Assembly: GCA_963847185.1 (NCBI GenBank)
Contig: CAWJYV010000010.1
Coordinates: forward strand, 544,001-608,000
Length of the DNA stretch: 64,000 nt
Direction: 5' to 3'
Source of the DNA: an uncultured Methanosarcinaceae archaeon
Lineage (GTDB): Archaea; Halobacteriota; Methanosarcinia; Methanosarcinales; Methanosarcinaceae
In this document: piece by piece, positions 12,038-23,441 of the stretch
Position numbering within the stretch: position 1 is the stretch's first letter
How the letters are laid out: every line of letters starts with the position of its first letter
The notes under the pieces: model-generated
Databases searched by the model: none
What the model was told of the DNA's origin: nothing
What the model saw: the letters and a program-made list of their open reading frames with translations, nothing else
Program-made: the position numbers and the translations under genes

Positions 12038-12754
12038 TTATTTAAGCAATTTTTTGTAAAACACAAACCAGGGATTGTCCAGAAAACCGATTACATTCTT
12101 ACTGATAAGCTGCCCTATAACCAGAGGAAGAACAGGCATAACCCCATAAAAGGCAATAAAAACAAAGATAAGGGAATCCAGAGTGAGGTTAACAATGTCA
12201 CTTGCACCTGAACGGAGCCAGATGTAGGGGTTTATCAGGGTATCGTGCTTGAAGTTCTTTTCTTTTTCTGAAAAACGCTTTTTAAGGGATGCAAAAACCC
12301 AGGCATCAAGGTTCGAGCAGACCAGAAAAGAAACCCAGCTTGCGATTGTAATCCTGATGCTCAGCCCAAAAAGGCTCTTCCAGGCATCTTCCAGTTCAAA
12401 GAAAGGGGCAGGGCTGAGAGTTGTGACCATGCCTATGAAGAGCACAAATAATACCTGAGTCGCAAAAGCTATGAGAATGGAGATATGCGTTCTTCTTTCC
12501 CCATAGACCTCATTGATCATATCCACTACCTGAGCAATAAAAGGATAGATGAAAACTGCCGCCGGAGCAAAGAAAGAGTAAAAACCAAGGTCAAATACGA
12601 TAATGCGCGTGGCAAGGACCTGGGAAGCTACAAGATAAACCACATAAAAAGCCGTAAGCACGGTAAAACCGTTTTCAGGCATTTTTTTGATAACATAAAC
12701 AGATGCATAGGTAGCAATTGTTAGAGTAATAATCCAGTACAGCCAGACGAACAT
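12038..12754 (-). CDS. Queuosine precursor transporter (YhhQ/VUT family)
   Basis: YPFIAQVVDMINEVYG, RITIASWVSFL, WLRSGASD and DSLIFVFIAFYG motifs. Confidence 0.85.
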   Translation of the reverse strand: MFVWLYWIITLTIATYASVYVIKKMPENGFTVLTAFYVVYLVASQVLATRIIVFDLGFYSFFAPAAVFIYPFIAQVVDMINEVYGERRTHISILIAFATQVLFVLFIGMVTTLSPAPFFELEDAWKSLFGLSIRITIASWVSFLVCSNLDAWVFASLKKRFSEKEKNFKHDTLINPYIWLRSGASDIVNLTLDSLIFVFIAFYGVMPVLPLVIGQLISKNVIGFLDNPWFVFYKKLLK

Positions 12755-13175
12755 TTTTTATCACAACCGGGTTTTATAGAGCTATAGAACTTGAGATGGA
12801 AACAATTGGACTGAAAATGAATCAATAAACTTGAACTGGAAACTAATAAGAGAACTATGATTAAAGATTCATATAATTAAAGAGAAAGTAAATCTGCAAA
12901 ACTGCAAGTCATTCGGGAAATAAAATACTACTCATTTTATTTAAAGTGTGATATTTTCGTAACCAAGGAGTCTCCGGAGAATACCTCCGGACATAAGAAT
13001 TCTAATCCCGCTAATTTCAAAAAAAATTCTTCAACCACCAACCTGGAAATACGAGCCACTTTTCCATTCATTTGCATATTACTACCCGAAGATCCACAAA
13101 ATATAAGTTAAAGAGAAGATTTCTGACCTTTATAATCAAAAATTATCTTAACCGGATCTACACTTAATTAAAAGT

Positions 13176-13275
13176 TACAATCAAAAGTCAATCAAAATCT
13201 ACAATCAGAATCAATAATCAATAGCTAAATCAAAAGCTAAATCAAAATCTATAATCAAAATCTGCAATCATCAAT
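13176..13275. repeat. Low-complexity AATCAAAA-based tandem repeat
   Basis: Many degenerate aatcaaaa(g/t)ct units upstream of cca. Confidence 0.55.
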
Positions 13276-13327
13276 ATTTATTATATATATTCTGGAGTTT
13301 AAAAAAAAATATGGAGCCGTCCCGGGC

Positions 13328-14698
13328 ATGGAAACATATACCAGCATTCCAGAAGACCTGAAGCTTGCCGTACTTGAAAAGATTAAACCCACGGAAGCCG
13401 AAAGAAAAAAACTCACTGGAAGTTCAGGAAGAACTTGCTGCGGAGGTAAAAGCGGCAGCAGAAAAACTTGGTGTATCAGGATATTTTTGTAAAAATGGTA
13501 GGTTCTGCTGCAAGAGGCACCTGGCTTTCAGGCACCCATGACATTGATGTTTTTATCAGCTTTCCTGAGGAAACACCCAGAAAGGATCTGGAAATCAGTG
13601 GCATGGCAATTGCCAGGGAAGTGGCAAAACATGCTGAATATGCCGAAGACCGCCATGCTGAGCACCCATACCTGAATATTGTATTCAAAGGCTTTGACGT
13701 GGACCTTGTCCCCTGTTTCAGGGTTGCTTCGGCCTGCCAGCATCAAATCCGCAGTTGACAGGACGCCTTTTCACAATGAATTTGTAAAAGCCCACATAAA
13801 AGGGCGGGAAGACGAGGTCCTGCTTCTGAAGCAGTTCATGCGCGGAGGCGGAGTCTACGGCTCGGAATTGAAAACCCAGGGCTTTTCAGGCTACCTGACA
13901 GAACTCCTGATCATTCACTACGGCTCTTTTGAAAAAGCCGTAAAAGCAGCCTGTTCCTGGAAACCCGGACAGAAAATAGACATTATGCAGCACTCGAGAA
14001 ATGAAACACGAACGAACCTCTTGTCATGGTAGACCCGACCGACCCCAGGCGGAATGTTGCAGCAGCCCTCTCTCTTGACAAATTCTGCATGTTTATAGAC
14101 TCCTGCCGGGAGTTTCTGAAAAACCCGGAAATCAAATTCTTTTTCCCTGCCTCGTCCCCTGCCTATTGAAGACAAAGAAATTCTTGAGAGAGCCTGGAAA
14201 GCCGAAAAAGCTCACAACTTGCAGTTGTCTTCAAAACCCCTGACGTTGTCGACGACGTGCTATATCCGCAGCTCTATAAAATGGAACAGGCAACAGCTGC
14301 CCTCTTGAGAGAATACGATTTTTCAGTAATCAAAACCGGGGTCTGGTCAGGAAAACCCGAAACCGTAATCATGCTCGAACTTATCTCAGGCACCCTCCCA
14401 AATGTCAAAAAACACATAGGTCCTCCGGTCTGGGTCAAAGACCACGCCGAAAAATTCAAGGAAAAATATGAAGGCGCAGAAAATGTTTTCAGCGGCTATA
14501 TCGAAAACGGGAAGTATGTCTTTGAAATCCAGCGCAAATATCCCACAGCAAAAGGGCTTCTTGAAAACCAGCTTATCAATGCTCACTCGGAAAACAGGTC
14601 GTCAGAGTTTGAATGAGGGCTTTGAGATTATAGAAAATGCTGAGATTTGCAGGCTAAAAGATCCTGATTTCAGGGTTTTCTTGAGGAAATGGCTTTAA
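13328..14698 (+). CDS. cca: CCA-adding enzyme (class I); several frameshifts, probably sequencing errors
   Basis: [55 protein letters not shown] and DPTDP.RNVAAA found across successive frames. Confidence 0.9.
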
Positions 14699-14752
14699 GA
14701 GTTTGTTATGAGCTTTTATCAAAAAAGTTTAAAAGTAATGATAAAATCGAAT

Positions 14753-15601
14753 TTAATACAGTGAAACAAACCCTTCAACCCTTTTCTGATAAAACAGGTA
14801 TTGCTGGGCATATCCGCAGTAATGGCCGAAATACTCCCGTCCCCAGTCCCCCATTCTGCTCAGGTTCGTGCAGTTTTCAAAGAAGTTGTCGTCGATGTGG
14901 TAGTGCTGGATGATTTGCCTGATGTGGGTATCGACCGGGAAGGCTTCCATTTTCTCGAAGGCGAAGAGGAGAACGCAGTCTGCAACTTTTTCCCCTATAC
15001 CGCAGAGCCTCATGAGGCGTTCTCTGGCGTACCTGTACTCCAGGCGGTAGAGGACGGAAAGGTCAAGTTCGCCTGAAGCTACTTCTCTTGCTGCTTGTCT
15101 TATGCGCTCGGTCCGAAAGCCGAGCTTGCATTTGTCAAGCACGGAGATGTCGGCATTTGCAAGGGTTTCTGGGTCAGGAAAACTGAAATAGCCTTCTTCG
15201 AGTTCCTGCCCTAAAAACTGGCTGAGAAGATAGATCCTTTTCTGGATTGTGGGGATGCTTGAGGCCGTTGCGAGCATATAAGAAATCAGGCATTCCCAGG
15301 GATCCTGTCTGATCAGGCGCAGGCCTCTGTATTTGTTGATCGCCCTGTTTATCAAGAGGTCTCTGTTTATGCTCTCATAAATCAGAGGAAGGTTGTCGTC
15401 CAGCCGGAAATAACGAGAGAATGACTCGGGAGGGAGTTTGGAATCGACAAGCAGTTCTCCTCTGTCTTTCTCCTGCGAAAGCCGGATAACCTGGTCTCCG
15501 ACAACACCTGTCCAGCAATCACCGTCTTTTCTCCAGCGAAAGACCTGCCCGCAGTCAAGCGTGTAGTCAAGGTTAAAAATTGCGGGCTTAAGCCTGTACA
15601 T
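14753..15601 (-). CDS. ogg: 8-oxoguanine DNA glycosylase (OGG1-like HhH-GPD)
   Basis: TLDCGQVFRW, RQDPWECL, GIGEKVADC and FPVDTH motifs. Confidence 0.88.
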   Translation of the reverse strand: MYRLKPAIFNLDYTLDCGQVFRWRKDGDCWTGVVGDQVIRLSQEKDRGELLVDSKLPPESFSRYFRLDDNLPLIYESINRDLLINRAINKYRGLRLIRQDPWECLISYMLATASSIPTIQKRIYLLSQFLGQELEEGYFSFPDPETLANADISVLDKCKLGFRTERIRQAAREVASGELDLSVLYRLEYRYARERLMRLCGIGEKVADCVLLFAFEKMEAFPVDTHIRQIIQHYHIDDNFFENCTNLSRMGDWGREYFGHYCGYAQQYLFYQKRVEGFVSLY

Positions 15602-17075
15602 CCAGCTCCAGCTCCCTTAGAAAAGTTCCTGCAGTTAAGGTATCTCCAAGCCCGACCGTGGTTAGAGGGGATTTAGAAAGCAGAGTAGGGAGCATGCAGA
15701 GAATGTATCCTTCCCTGAAAGCATATGCTCCATTCCCTAAAATTTTTCCGTTAAAGGCTTTCAAGAAAAGCTCAAGTTGCTTTCTTCCGAATGCGCTTTC
15801 CTGAAGTTTCAAGGCTTTCTCTTCTGCAAACTTCCTATCCTCAAGCCTGCCTGATGCTGCATATGTTCCTGCACAGCTGACTCCAAACCTCAGAGCTTCG
15901 AGTTTTTTCCCGGCAATCTTTTGCAGAGCTGAATCGTCGAAATTTGAGTCCATTTCAATGTTCGAGTTGTTTTCAATATTCGAATCTTTCTCAATATTCA
16001 GGTTCGTTTTAAAGTTTGAATCCGTTTTGTAATCCTGTCCGGAATTCTGTTCTGAATCCGGTTTCTGTCCGGAATCCTGTTTAAATGCTGTTAACACAAA
16101 TTCTCTTGTATGAATAAGCAACTTCTTGAGCCCATACCTTGAAGACAGTTTGCACGCCGCATTTCCCACGGCTTCTGCCTCCATACGCAGAAGGCCTTCT
16201 GCAGGAATTCCGTGTAAATGATGAAGCATTGCCAGTTCATCTTCGTTCATACCCATGCTGCAGGAAATAGCTGCAAAATTCTGGAAGACCGAATTTGCAA
16301 TCTCTCTGCTAGCAAAGTGCCCGAATTCCAGATGAATCTGAAGTTTATTGTTCTCGGCTTTCCAGCGCCTGAGCTGGTTGAGAGTGTTTTCAAGAATTTG
16401 TTTATAATCACTGCCATCAGAATATCTCTCAAGCAAAAGGTGGAAGCCTGATATCAGTACGCCGTCAATCTCGCAGATGTGCCGGTGTGCATATTCTTCA
16501 AATGCAGGATTAACAAAAAGCTTGAAATTCAAATGATCGCAGGTTGCTATGAAGCGGTTTTCCCTGGGAATCCTTACTTCTGTTCCGTACAGAGAAAAAG
16601 TATCTCCATCGGAAAAATCAAATACGAAATGTATGGGGTCCTGGTTGCCGGAAGCAATATCCTTAACTATGTGAGAATCCGGGAAGTAAATCGCTTTTTT
16701 TGAGAATAGAGAGAGTTGAGTTTTTGAGGGAACTGCGATATTAGGAATTACACAGGAAGCTCCAAGCTGAGAAAGGGCGTTTGCCATTATCCCGGCGTTT
16801 CCTCCCATTCTAACAAGAGATTTCTCAAAGTAGCGGCTTTTAAGGAACTCGAAAACAGATTGCTCAAAAACAAGCCATTCGGCTCCGCATCCGTTTTTCA
16901 TGCAATAGACAAGTCCTGCCACAAAGTCTGATTCGGAATGTATTTTTCCAGGGGGATTTTCTACTTTTTCGAGAATCTCAGCCCTGTCAAAAGATTCCAG
17001 CAGTTCTGAAACCTCGGCTCCGCTGATTCTGTATACAGAGTCTATGTTGACATTATATCCGCAAAGTATTTTCAT
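15588..17075 (-). CDS. ADP-dependent glucokinase/phosphofructokinase family protein
   Basis: GYNVNID, RMGGNAGIMAN, NEDE and TTVGLGD motifs; low-complexity insert at about 15940-16080. Confidence 0.88.
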   Translation of the reverse strand: MKILCGYNVNIDSVYRISGAEVSELLESFDRAEILEKVENPPGKIHSESDFVAGLVYCMKNGCGAEWLVFEQSVFEFLKSRYFEKSLVRMGGNAGIMANALSQLGASCVIPNIAVPSKTQLSLFSKKAIYFPDSHIVKDIASGNQDPIHFVFDFSDGDTFSLYGTEVRIPRENRFIATCDHLNFKLFVNPAFEEYAHRHICEIDGVLISGFHLLLERYSDGSDYKQILENTLNQLRRWKAENNKLQIHLEFGHFASREIANSVFQNFAAISCSMGMNEDELAMLHHLHGIPAEGLLRMEAEAVGNAACKLSSRYGLKKLLIHTREFVLTAFKQDSGQKPDSEQNSGQDYKTDSNFKTNLNIEKDSNIENNSNIEMDSNFDDSALQKIAGKKLEALRFGVSCAGTYAASGRLEDRKFAEEKALKLQESAFGRKQLELFLKAFNGKILGNGAYAFREGYILCMLPTLLSKSPLTTVGLGDTLTAGTFLRELELDVQA

Positions 17076-17186
17076 CTAATCAGTTCCTTCATCTCACCAG
17101 TTAATTCGTCTCACCGTTTCCTTTTTGATCTCCACTGGATGGGTAGTTTCGGATTAAAAAATGAAAATTTATCTTTCCTGCCTGAT

Positions 17187-18662
17187 TCATTTCCCTGCCT
17201 GTTTCTGTTTCATTCTCGCAAGCATGGCAGCAAAAGCCCCTGCGGAGATCGCATCTCCTATTCCTACTGTTGCCTTTGGCTTATCAACAACTTTGGAAGG
17301 AACAATGACTGCATCATGGTCTGCTCCATAGAGATATCCGTATTCGAACTCATCAGATGTACAGATTCTTTTCCCTACGCAGTAAAGCTTGAAATTCTCC
17401 AGATCTTCAATTCCTTTGCCTGAAATCGGGATATCGAGTCCTGTTCCTACATCTCCAAGATTTTCGATATCTCCTTTAATGGCTTTGGCAGCTGCCAGGG
17501 TTGAGGAAAAGAGCAGGGAGTCCCTGTGTTCTTTGAGCGTAAGAGGATGGCCTTTTGCAAGGACACAGATGTAAAATCCAAGAGAATGCACATGGACTCT
17601 TTCTAGTGACAGGTCTTTTAAAAGCTGGACAGCTCCCTGGTAAAGCGATGTTATCCCGTTTTCCTCTTTCCTGATGACGGAATAAGAGAGTTCCTCATGC
17701 CCAAGCACATTCAGGGCATTTGCAACTTCTACTGTATCAAGGCCGAGAGAGTGAACGTGCCTGGCAACAATTTCTGTCAGGATAGCCTTTCTTATAACTC
17801 TGTTTTGAATAGAGGTAAGTTCCACATGGATTCGAAGCTCAGGATTTAAGGTCTTGAGTTTCTCAATTACTTTTACGGAGCGTTCAACATAGTCTTTATA
17901 TGTAGAGCCATCTTCGTATTCCTCTTTTATCATCTGGTACCCTGAAAGCATAGCCCCATCAATCGGGAAAATGGTGTCAAGCTGTTCATAGACTTCCCTG
18001 TCCATGTCCAGACGGATCCATTTAGGGCGCGAAGAAACAATAAGGCGATTGTCTCTTGGAACTTTGAAATTGCTTCCGTCGCAGGTTACTTCCAGATCTT
18101 TTGAGTATTCGAGAATCCAGTTGACCTTTGATTCGATTCCTGTCTTGAAGGCTTCTTGAGGATGTTTCAGAATGACTTTTCCGTCTTCTATTTTTGGATG
18201 AAAAAGATTGTCCGTAGCTACAAAGTATTCTGCCTGCTCTTCAGAAAGCCAGGGAATATATGCCACAACTTTTTTTAGCTCCAGAAGGGCAAGAAGATTC
18301 GAGATGATTCCTGCCTGGCCTCCCATACGCGCATAATCAAAACCCAGGTGCTCTTTCAACCACTCATGAGTATCCGAGTTATGAGCAGGGATTTCGGCAG
18401 CTTTTCCTTCGCGCATGGAAATAATCAGACGGGCCATTAAATCAATAGGGTCTTTAACTTCCCTGGGATATGTCTCAACTCTTTCCTGAATTTTGAATTC
18501 ATCGAAAAGCTCTATCAGTTTACACAGGTCTTCTTCGCTAAGATGCTTTATAGCGTCGATATTGCTATTATAAGCTACAAACATTCCGTCAAGGTAATGA
18601 AGGGCTTCTTTAACATTATGAAAAGCCTCTTTGTGACGCTGTTCCCATTCTTGTATGTCCAC
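17187..18662 (-). CDS. pfkC: ADP-specific phosphofructokinase
   Basis: AYNSNID, RMGGQAGI, PRDNRLI and TVGIGD motifs; likely GTG start at 18662. Confidence 0.88.
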   Translation of the reverse strand: MDIQEWEQRHKEAFHNVKEALHYLDGMFVAYNSNIDAIKHLSEEDLCKLIELFDEFKIQERVETYPREVKDPIDLMARLIISMREGKAAEIPAHNSDTHEWLKEHLGFDYARMGGQAGIISNLLALLELKKVVAYIPWLSEEQAEYFVATDNLFHPKIEDGKVILKHPQEAFKTGIESKVNWILEYSKDLEVTCDGSNFKVPRDNRLIVSSRPKWIRLDMDREVYEQLDTIFPIDGAMLSGYQMIKEEYEDGSTYKDYVERSVKVIEKLKTLNPELRIHVELTSIQNRVIRKAILTEIVARHVHSLGLDTVEVANALNVLGHEELSYSVIRKEENGITSLYQGAVQLLKDLSLERVHVHSLGFYICVLAKGHPLTLKEHRDSLLFSSTLAAAKAIKGDIENLGDVGTGLDIPISGKGIEDLENFKLYCVGKRICTSDEFEYGYLYGADHDAVIVPSKVVDKPKATVGIGDAISAGAFAAMLARMKQKQAGK

Positions 18663-18948
18663 TGAATAAACCCCCTGGATGTGCAGGTCTTGGTATGCAG
18701 GTCTTAATAAAAAAATAATTCTCTGGATTTCCATTTTGCACTTATTTTATTTATCTTTGTGCCGTAATGAATCCGAAATTAAGCCAGAATTAATTTAAAG
18801 ACATAAATGAACACAATTTAAAGGCCAATAGGCAGTATAATTAACAGAGAATTAATAAGTGAGAATCTCAATTTAACTGTAAAGAGATTCTCAAATTGAA
18901 AAATTAAGTAGAGTAAGTAGGTTAAGTTGTGTACTCGATTATACTCGG

Positions 18949-20136
18949 TTAAGTTGTGTACTCGGCATTGATTCTGACATAATCATAAGTCAGGTCGCAA
19001 CCCCAGGCAGTTGCATGCTCATTTCCCATGTCAAGATCAAGAGTAATAATTATCTCATCATTTGCCATTATCTTTTTCAGAAGTGCAAGGTCAGAATTCC
19101 TGGAAATCTCGCCGGACTTCACAAGTTCGACTTTTTCTCCTCCTCCTGAAAAAGAAAGAGTGAGCCTTTCCTGTTCAAGTTCCGCCCCGGAGTATCCTGC
19201 AGCAGCTACAACTCTGCCCCAGTTAGGATCTTTTCCGAAGATTGCGGATTTAACCAGAGGGGAACGTACAATTGCTTTTGCAGCAAGCCTTGCATCATGA
19301 TATGTTTTTGCGCCCACTACCCTGGCTTCAATAAGCTTTGTGGCTCCTTCTCCATCTCTGGCCATCTTTTTTGCAAGCTCTGTGAATACGTAAATTAGCC
19401 CCTCCTCAAAATCATCCAGACATTCCATACAGGGCTTGATTCCTGATTTGCAGGTGGAGGTAAGAAGCACCATATCATTGGTACTCGTGTCTCCGTCCAC
19501 GACAATCATATTGAAAGTTTTATCCACTGCTATTCTGAGAGCAGCATCCAGAACATCTGCAGGCACTTTTGCATCAGTATATGCAAAACACAGCATTGTG
19601 CCCATATTAGGCTCAATCATGCCCGAACCTTTGGCAATTGCTCCTATTCTTATCCCGCAGTCAATTTCAACAGCTACTTCTTTTAAGGCTTTATCAGTAG
19701 TCATAATAGCCTTTGCAGCTGCCTGGCTGCATCCAGGGGAACTGCCCAGTCCTTCAAGGACTTCAGGAAGGTGTTCCCTGATCCAGGAGACGTCAAGCCT
19801 TCTGCCAATTACTCCTGTTGAGGCAACGGCAACATTGTCAGCATCAAGTTCAAGCTTTTCGGCAAGTATTGATGCCATTTCCATAGCATCCAGAAAGCCA
19901 TCATCACCTGTAAAAGCATTGGCATTGCCACTATTTGCAATTATAGCCGAGAGCCGATGTTGGGTTTCGATTACTTCTTTACTCAGAGTAACAGGGGCTG
20001 CAACCACTTTGTTCTTTGTAAAAACGCCTGCTGCAGGGCCTTCTGCCAGAATAACCGCAATTCCCATTTTCCCGGGTTTGATTCCGTTTGCAGATACGCC
20101 CCTTACTGCACAGATTCCACCTTCTATTTGCTTCAT
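18949..20136 (-). CDS. argJ: Bifunctional ornithine acetyltransferase/N-acetylglutamate synthase
   Basis: NSGNANA, KGSGMIEPNMGTML, DGDTSTND and DGEGATK motifs; ATG at 20136 after GAGGAG. Confidence 0.95.
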   Translation of the reverse strand: MKQIEGGICAVRGVSANGIKPGKMGIAVILAEGPAAGVFTKNKVVAAPVTLSKEVIETQHRLSAIIANSGNANAFTGDDGFLDAMEMASILAEKLELDADNVAVASTGVIGRRLDVSWIREHLPEVLEGLGSSPGCSQAAAKAIMTTDKALKEVAVEIDCGIRIGAIAKGSGMIEPNMGTMLCFAYTDAKVPADVLDAALRIAVDKTFNMIVVDGDTSTNDMVLLTSTCKSGIKPCMECLDDFEEGLIYVFTELAKKMARDGEGATKLIEARVVGAKTYHDARLAAKAIVRSPLVKSAIFGKDPNWGRVVAAAGYSGAELEQERLTLSFSGGGEKVELVKSGEISRNSDLALLKKIMANDEIIITLDLDMGNEHATAWGCDLTYDYVRINAEYTT

Positions 20137-20155
20137 GAAAGGCTCTCCTCTTTCT

Positions 20156-20619
20156 TCAGAGTTTTGCAATACCATAGATGATATCGCCGCGAGTAATAAT
20201 TCCCACTACACGGTCGTCTTCAATCACAGGAAGCCTGTTTATCTTGTGCCTGATCATATGTTCGGAAGCTTCTTCTACTGATGCCTCAGAAGAGATCGTG
20301 TGGACCTCTCTGGTCATAATTTCTTCTATTTTGTAGAGCCAACATCAGAAAGCATCTTTTTCGTATCTTCCCAGCCGAGAAGCTCCCTTATAGGAACCTC
20401 TATAACCTCAAAGGGGCTTGGAAGCCAGAGGTCTCCTTTTTCAGGGACTATCAGCAGTTTCAACAGATCAGCTTCACTTATTATCCCTACAAGTTCTTCG
20501 CCGTCAAGGACAGGAGCTCCGCTTATGCTGTTTTCTTTCAGGACTTTTGCAGCTTCCCTAATTGTATTTTCAGGCTTGCAGAAAACAAGCTTAGGATTCA
20601 TGACATCTTTTACTTTCAT
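20156..20619 (-). CDS. CBS-domain protein; 1-bp frameshift in an A run near 20330
   Basis: First CBS (ISGAPV...GIISEADL). Restoring one A gives IEEIMTREV...INRLPV...GIITRGDII ending at TGA 20156. Confidence 0.85.
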
Positions 20620-20949
20620 TTTACTACCCCTTGAGATAAATTTTATTCTTTAATTTAATCTGTTCCCAGTTATATGTTCTCGCCTGCCTTTCAGCCTGCA
20701 AGCTTCTTTTCTTTATAATATCTAAATTCACTGAATAATATCGAAAGTCTCTGAATAAATCAAAGATATTTTAATATTATCGAAAAAAATAATTGTTCCT
20801 GGGGATGAGTTTTGAAAACCACAAGCGCAGGGTTTTTTTCATGTTCTTTCCCAAAAAAGGGGAATTGCCTATTTTTCAGATCAGTTAATGACTCATTCCC
20901 ATGATAAAGTAACGGCCTTAAGCCTGCATAATGGAATTTGCAGCTCATT

Positions 20950-21963
20950 TTACGGAGCTGCCGCAGGGAGCCAGAGTCCAAGCGTTTCATCGAGTCCGAA
21001 CATGAGATTCATGTTCTGGATCGCCTGGCCTGATGCGCCTTTGACCAGGTTATCTATTGCTGAGAGCACTACGACCCTGTTATTTTCCTTATCCACTTCA
21101 AAGCCTATGTCGCAGAAGTTAGTACCCCTGACAGCAGTGAGGGTAGGAACTCCTGAAGGGAACCGAATAAAAGGCCTTTCCCTGTAAAAGTCCTCATAAA
21201 TAGTCTTTAAGTCATCGCTAGAAACAGGCTCCTTTGTAAAGAGATGAGCAGTTGTAAAAATACCCCTGATGGAAGGAATCACATGAGGAGTGAAGTTAAC
21301 ATTTCTGAGTTTCTGGTCAAGCCTGTTTAATTCCTGGAAAATTTCAGCCCTGTGCCTGTGGGTTGTGAGTTTATAAGCAGTAATATTTTCAGCAAGGTTA
21401 GGGTAGTGTGAAGTTTGCGTGGGTGAAATGCCAGCTCCTGAAATCCCTGACTTTGAGTCAAAAACTGCAATGTCGATAAGTCCTGCTGCCGCAAGCGGAG
21501 CTGCTGCGAGGATCGCACCTGTGGGGAAACATCCGGGATTTGCTACAAAGTCCTCTTCTGCAGCTTCGGGATGAAGCTCTACAAGCCCGTAAACAGTTTT
21601 CCTGGGGTCTTTGTGCGTTGTCTCGTAAACTTCTTCAAATAAGGAGGTTTCAAGCCTGTAGTCAGCACTGAGGTCAATAACCTTTGTGTTGCCGTCAAGT
21701 AGCTCAGGGACATAGTCCATAGCAGTTCCATGGGGAACTGCCACAAAAACTACATCACAGCGATCCCTGATTTCTCCAGACTCCGGGTTTTCATACTTGA
21801 GGTCAAGAAAACCTTCAAGATGCCTGTGGGTACTTGTTACGGATTTCCCTGTCAAACTTCGGGAAGTTGCAAGCTCAATTTTAATATTAGGGTGGTTAAC
21901 GAGCAGGCGCAGGAGTTCTCCTCCCGTATATCCTGAAGCTCCTATTATTCCAGCTTTGATCAT
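20950..21963 (-). CDS. argC: N-acetyl-gamma-glutamyl-phosphate reductase
   Basis: GASGYTG, DLSADYR, ANPGCFPT, SGISGAG and DNLVKGASGQA motifs. Confidence 0.95.
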   Translation of the reverse strand: MIKAGIIGASGYTGGELLRLLVNHPNIKIELATSRSLTGKSVTSTHRHLEGFLDLKYENPESGEIRDRCDVVFVAVPHGTAMDYVPELLDGNTKVIDLSADYRLETSLFEEVYETTHKDPRKTVYGLVELHPEAAEEDFVANPGCFPTGAILAAAPLAAAGLIDIAVFDSKSGISGAGISPTQTSHYPNLAENITAYKLTTHRHRAEIFQELNRLDQKLRNVNFTPHVIPSIRGIFTTAHLFTKEPVSSDDLKTIYEDFYRERPFIRFPSGVPTLTAVRGTNFCDIGFEVDKENNRVVVLSAIDNLVKGASGQAIQNMNLMFGLDETLGLWLPAAAP

Positions 21964-22300
21964 AAATATCCACTGCCTGTGCAATATCAATACAATATAA
22001 TTAAACTTGTTATCCTATAAACTAATTGAAAAAATTTATTTATTCGTAATCCGATATTAAGGGCCTGGATTGTGATCCGGCTCAGAAAAGGTTCCAGACC
22101 CCTGGCCCTGTCTTTTTATTTTAAGTTGATGTTTTGTAAAAGATACGATAAGATCTGATTTTTGTAAGGAACTTGTTTTTTAATTGATCCTTCTTAGATA
22201 ACATGAAGATCTTAAATTCAAGTCCGATCCTTTACAGGTAGCTTGCTTTCTTAAACATGAGGAGGTTATTTCCCAGGTTTCTACGTACTAGTAAAGTATT

Positions 22301-22338
22301 ATTGCAGTTATTAAGTCCTATTGCAGTTATTAAGTCCT
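22301..22338. repeat. 19-bp perfect tandem duplication
   Basis: attgcagttattaagtcct occurs twice in tandem. Confidence 0.7.
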
Positions 22339-22714
22339 CAGAGTGCCAATTAATCATGAATATCTCCGTTTTATCTAAAGATATAATATTTTTTATAAAT
22401 TGGAAGTTATATAAAGTAATGTTTTTATAAATAATAGCTCAATAGTCTCACAGTTTTATAATTTAGTAACTAATAATGATAACTTGGTAATCTAGCTTTT
22501 TGTCCAGAGCCTCCACTTTAGTTAATAAGTCATAAATTTAATCTTGAGACAGTTAAATTTAAATTTTTAAATATATAAGTTTATTCCAACTGAAATACTC
22601 CGGCCTATTGTGCTGGAAAAACCATATTCACAGGTAAAGTATTTGAGCTTTAGAAGCCCTTTTACTGTAATAAAATTTATTAACTACCCCCATCGAAGTG
22701 ACAGGAAGAAAAAC

Positions 22715-23137
22715 ATGAGTAAAAAAAAGTTAATTTATCTTGCCGGCCCCCTTTTCACCCATGCAGAACTTGAATACAACTGTAAACTGAAGGATATACT
22801 GCTTAAAAAAAGTTTTTCTGTCTTTTTACCCCAGGAAAATGCAGAAGATTCCGCTTTTGAGCGCGAAAGACAGAATCAGGAATCTATTTTCAAGAAATGC
22901 GTTGAAGGCGTGGATGTTTCCGATATTGTAGTTGCTGTCCTTGACGGCGTAGATGTTGATTCAGGGACGGCCTGGGAGATCGGCTATGCTTACGCCAAAG
23001 GAAAACCTGTCATAGGACTCAGGACTGATTTCAGGTCCCTCTCAGATGGGATCGTTAATCTGATGGTTGAGATGGCTATAGTTGCCCTTGCCAGAGATGA
23101 AGAAGAATTGCTAGAAATAATTGATAAGTACAAATAA
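22715..23137 (+). CDS. Nucleoside 2-deoxyribosyltransferase family protein
   Basis: IYLAGPLF, FLPQE and DSGTAWEIGYAYAKGKPV motifs. Confidence 0.9.
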   Translation: MSKKKLIYLAGPLFTHAELEYNCKLKDILLKKSFSVFLPQENAEDSAFERERQNQESIFKKCVEGVDVSDIVVAVLDGVDVDSGTAWEIGYAYAKGKPVIGLRTDFRSLSDGIVNLMVEMAIVALARDEEELLEIIDKYK

Positions 23138-23441
23138 AATTCTGGGTTTTATTACACTCTTATATCCCTTTTTATCTTTTATAGATCATCTTTTGCGGAT
23201 ATAATTATAATTTCGTTTTTCAATAATATTTATTAAGTCTCCTTGATAACCGAGTTATAAAAATAACCTTTATATTTATAATGTTTTAAACTCCAGTTCT
23301 TTTATTCAGTGTATAATTATATCTTGAGTGAGATATGTTCAAAAATAGAATCAGTTACAGAAGGCATAATCTATAACGATTATTAAGTAAAAAAATTTTA
23401 ATATAGAATGCCCTACATAATAAATAGCGGAGGTTAAATCC

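Noticed and set aside
15588-18662. Tandem ADP-dependent kinases as a novelty
   Set aside because: Paired ADP-dependent sugar kinase genes are already known in Methanosarcinales.
18920-18964. argJ 3' duplication as an attL/attR pair
   Set aside because: The copies are only 9 bp apart with no element between them.
19436-20281. Long antisense ORFs (also 35392..36030, 49099..49707, 62717..63355)
   Set aside because: They are shadows of well-supported genes on the opposite strand and have no recognisable motifs.
20326-20328. TAG in the CBS gene as a pyrrolysine codon
   Set aside because: Read-through hits TGA four codons later; the protein continues in another frame, so this is a 1-bp deletion in an A run.
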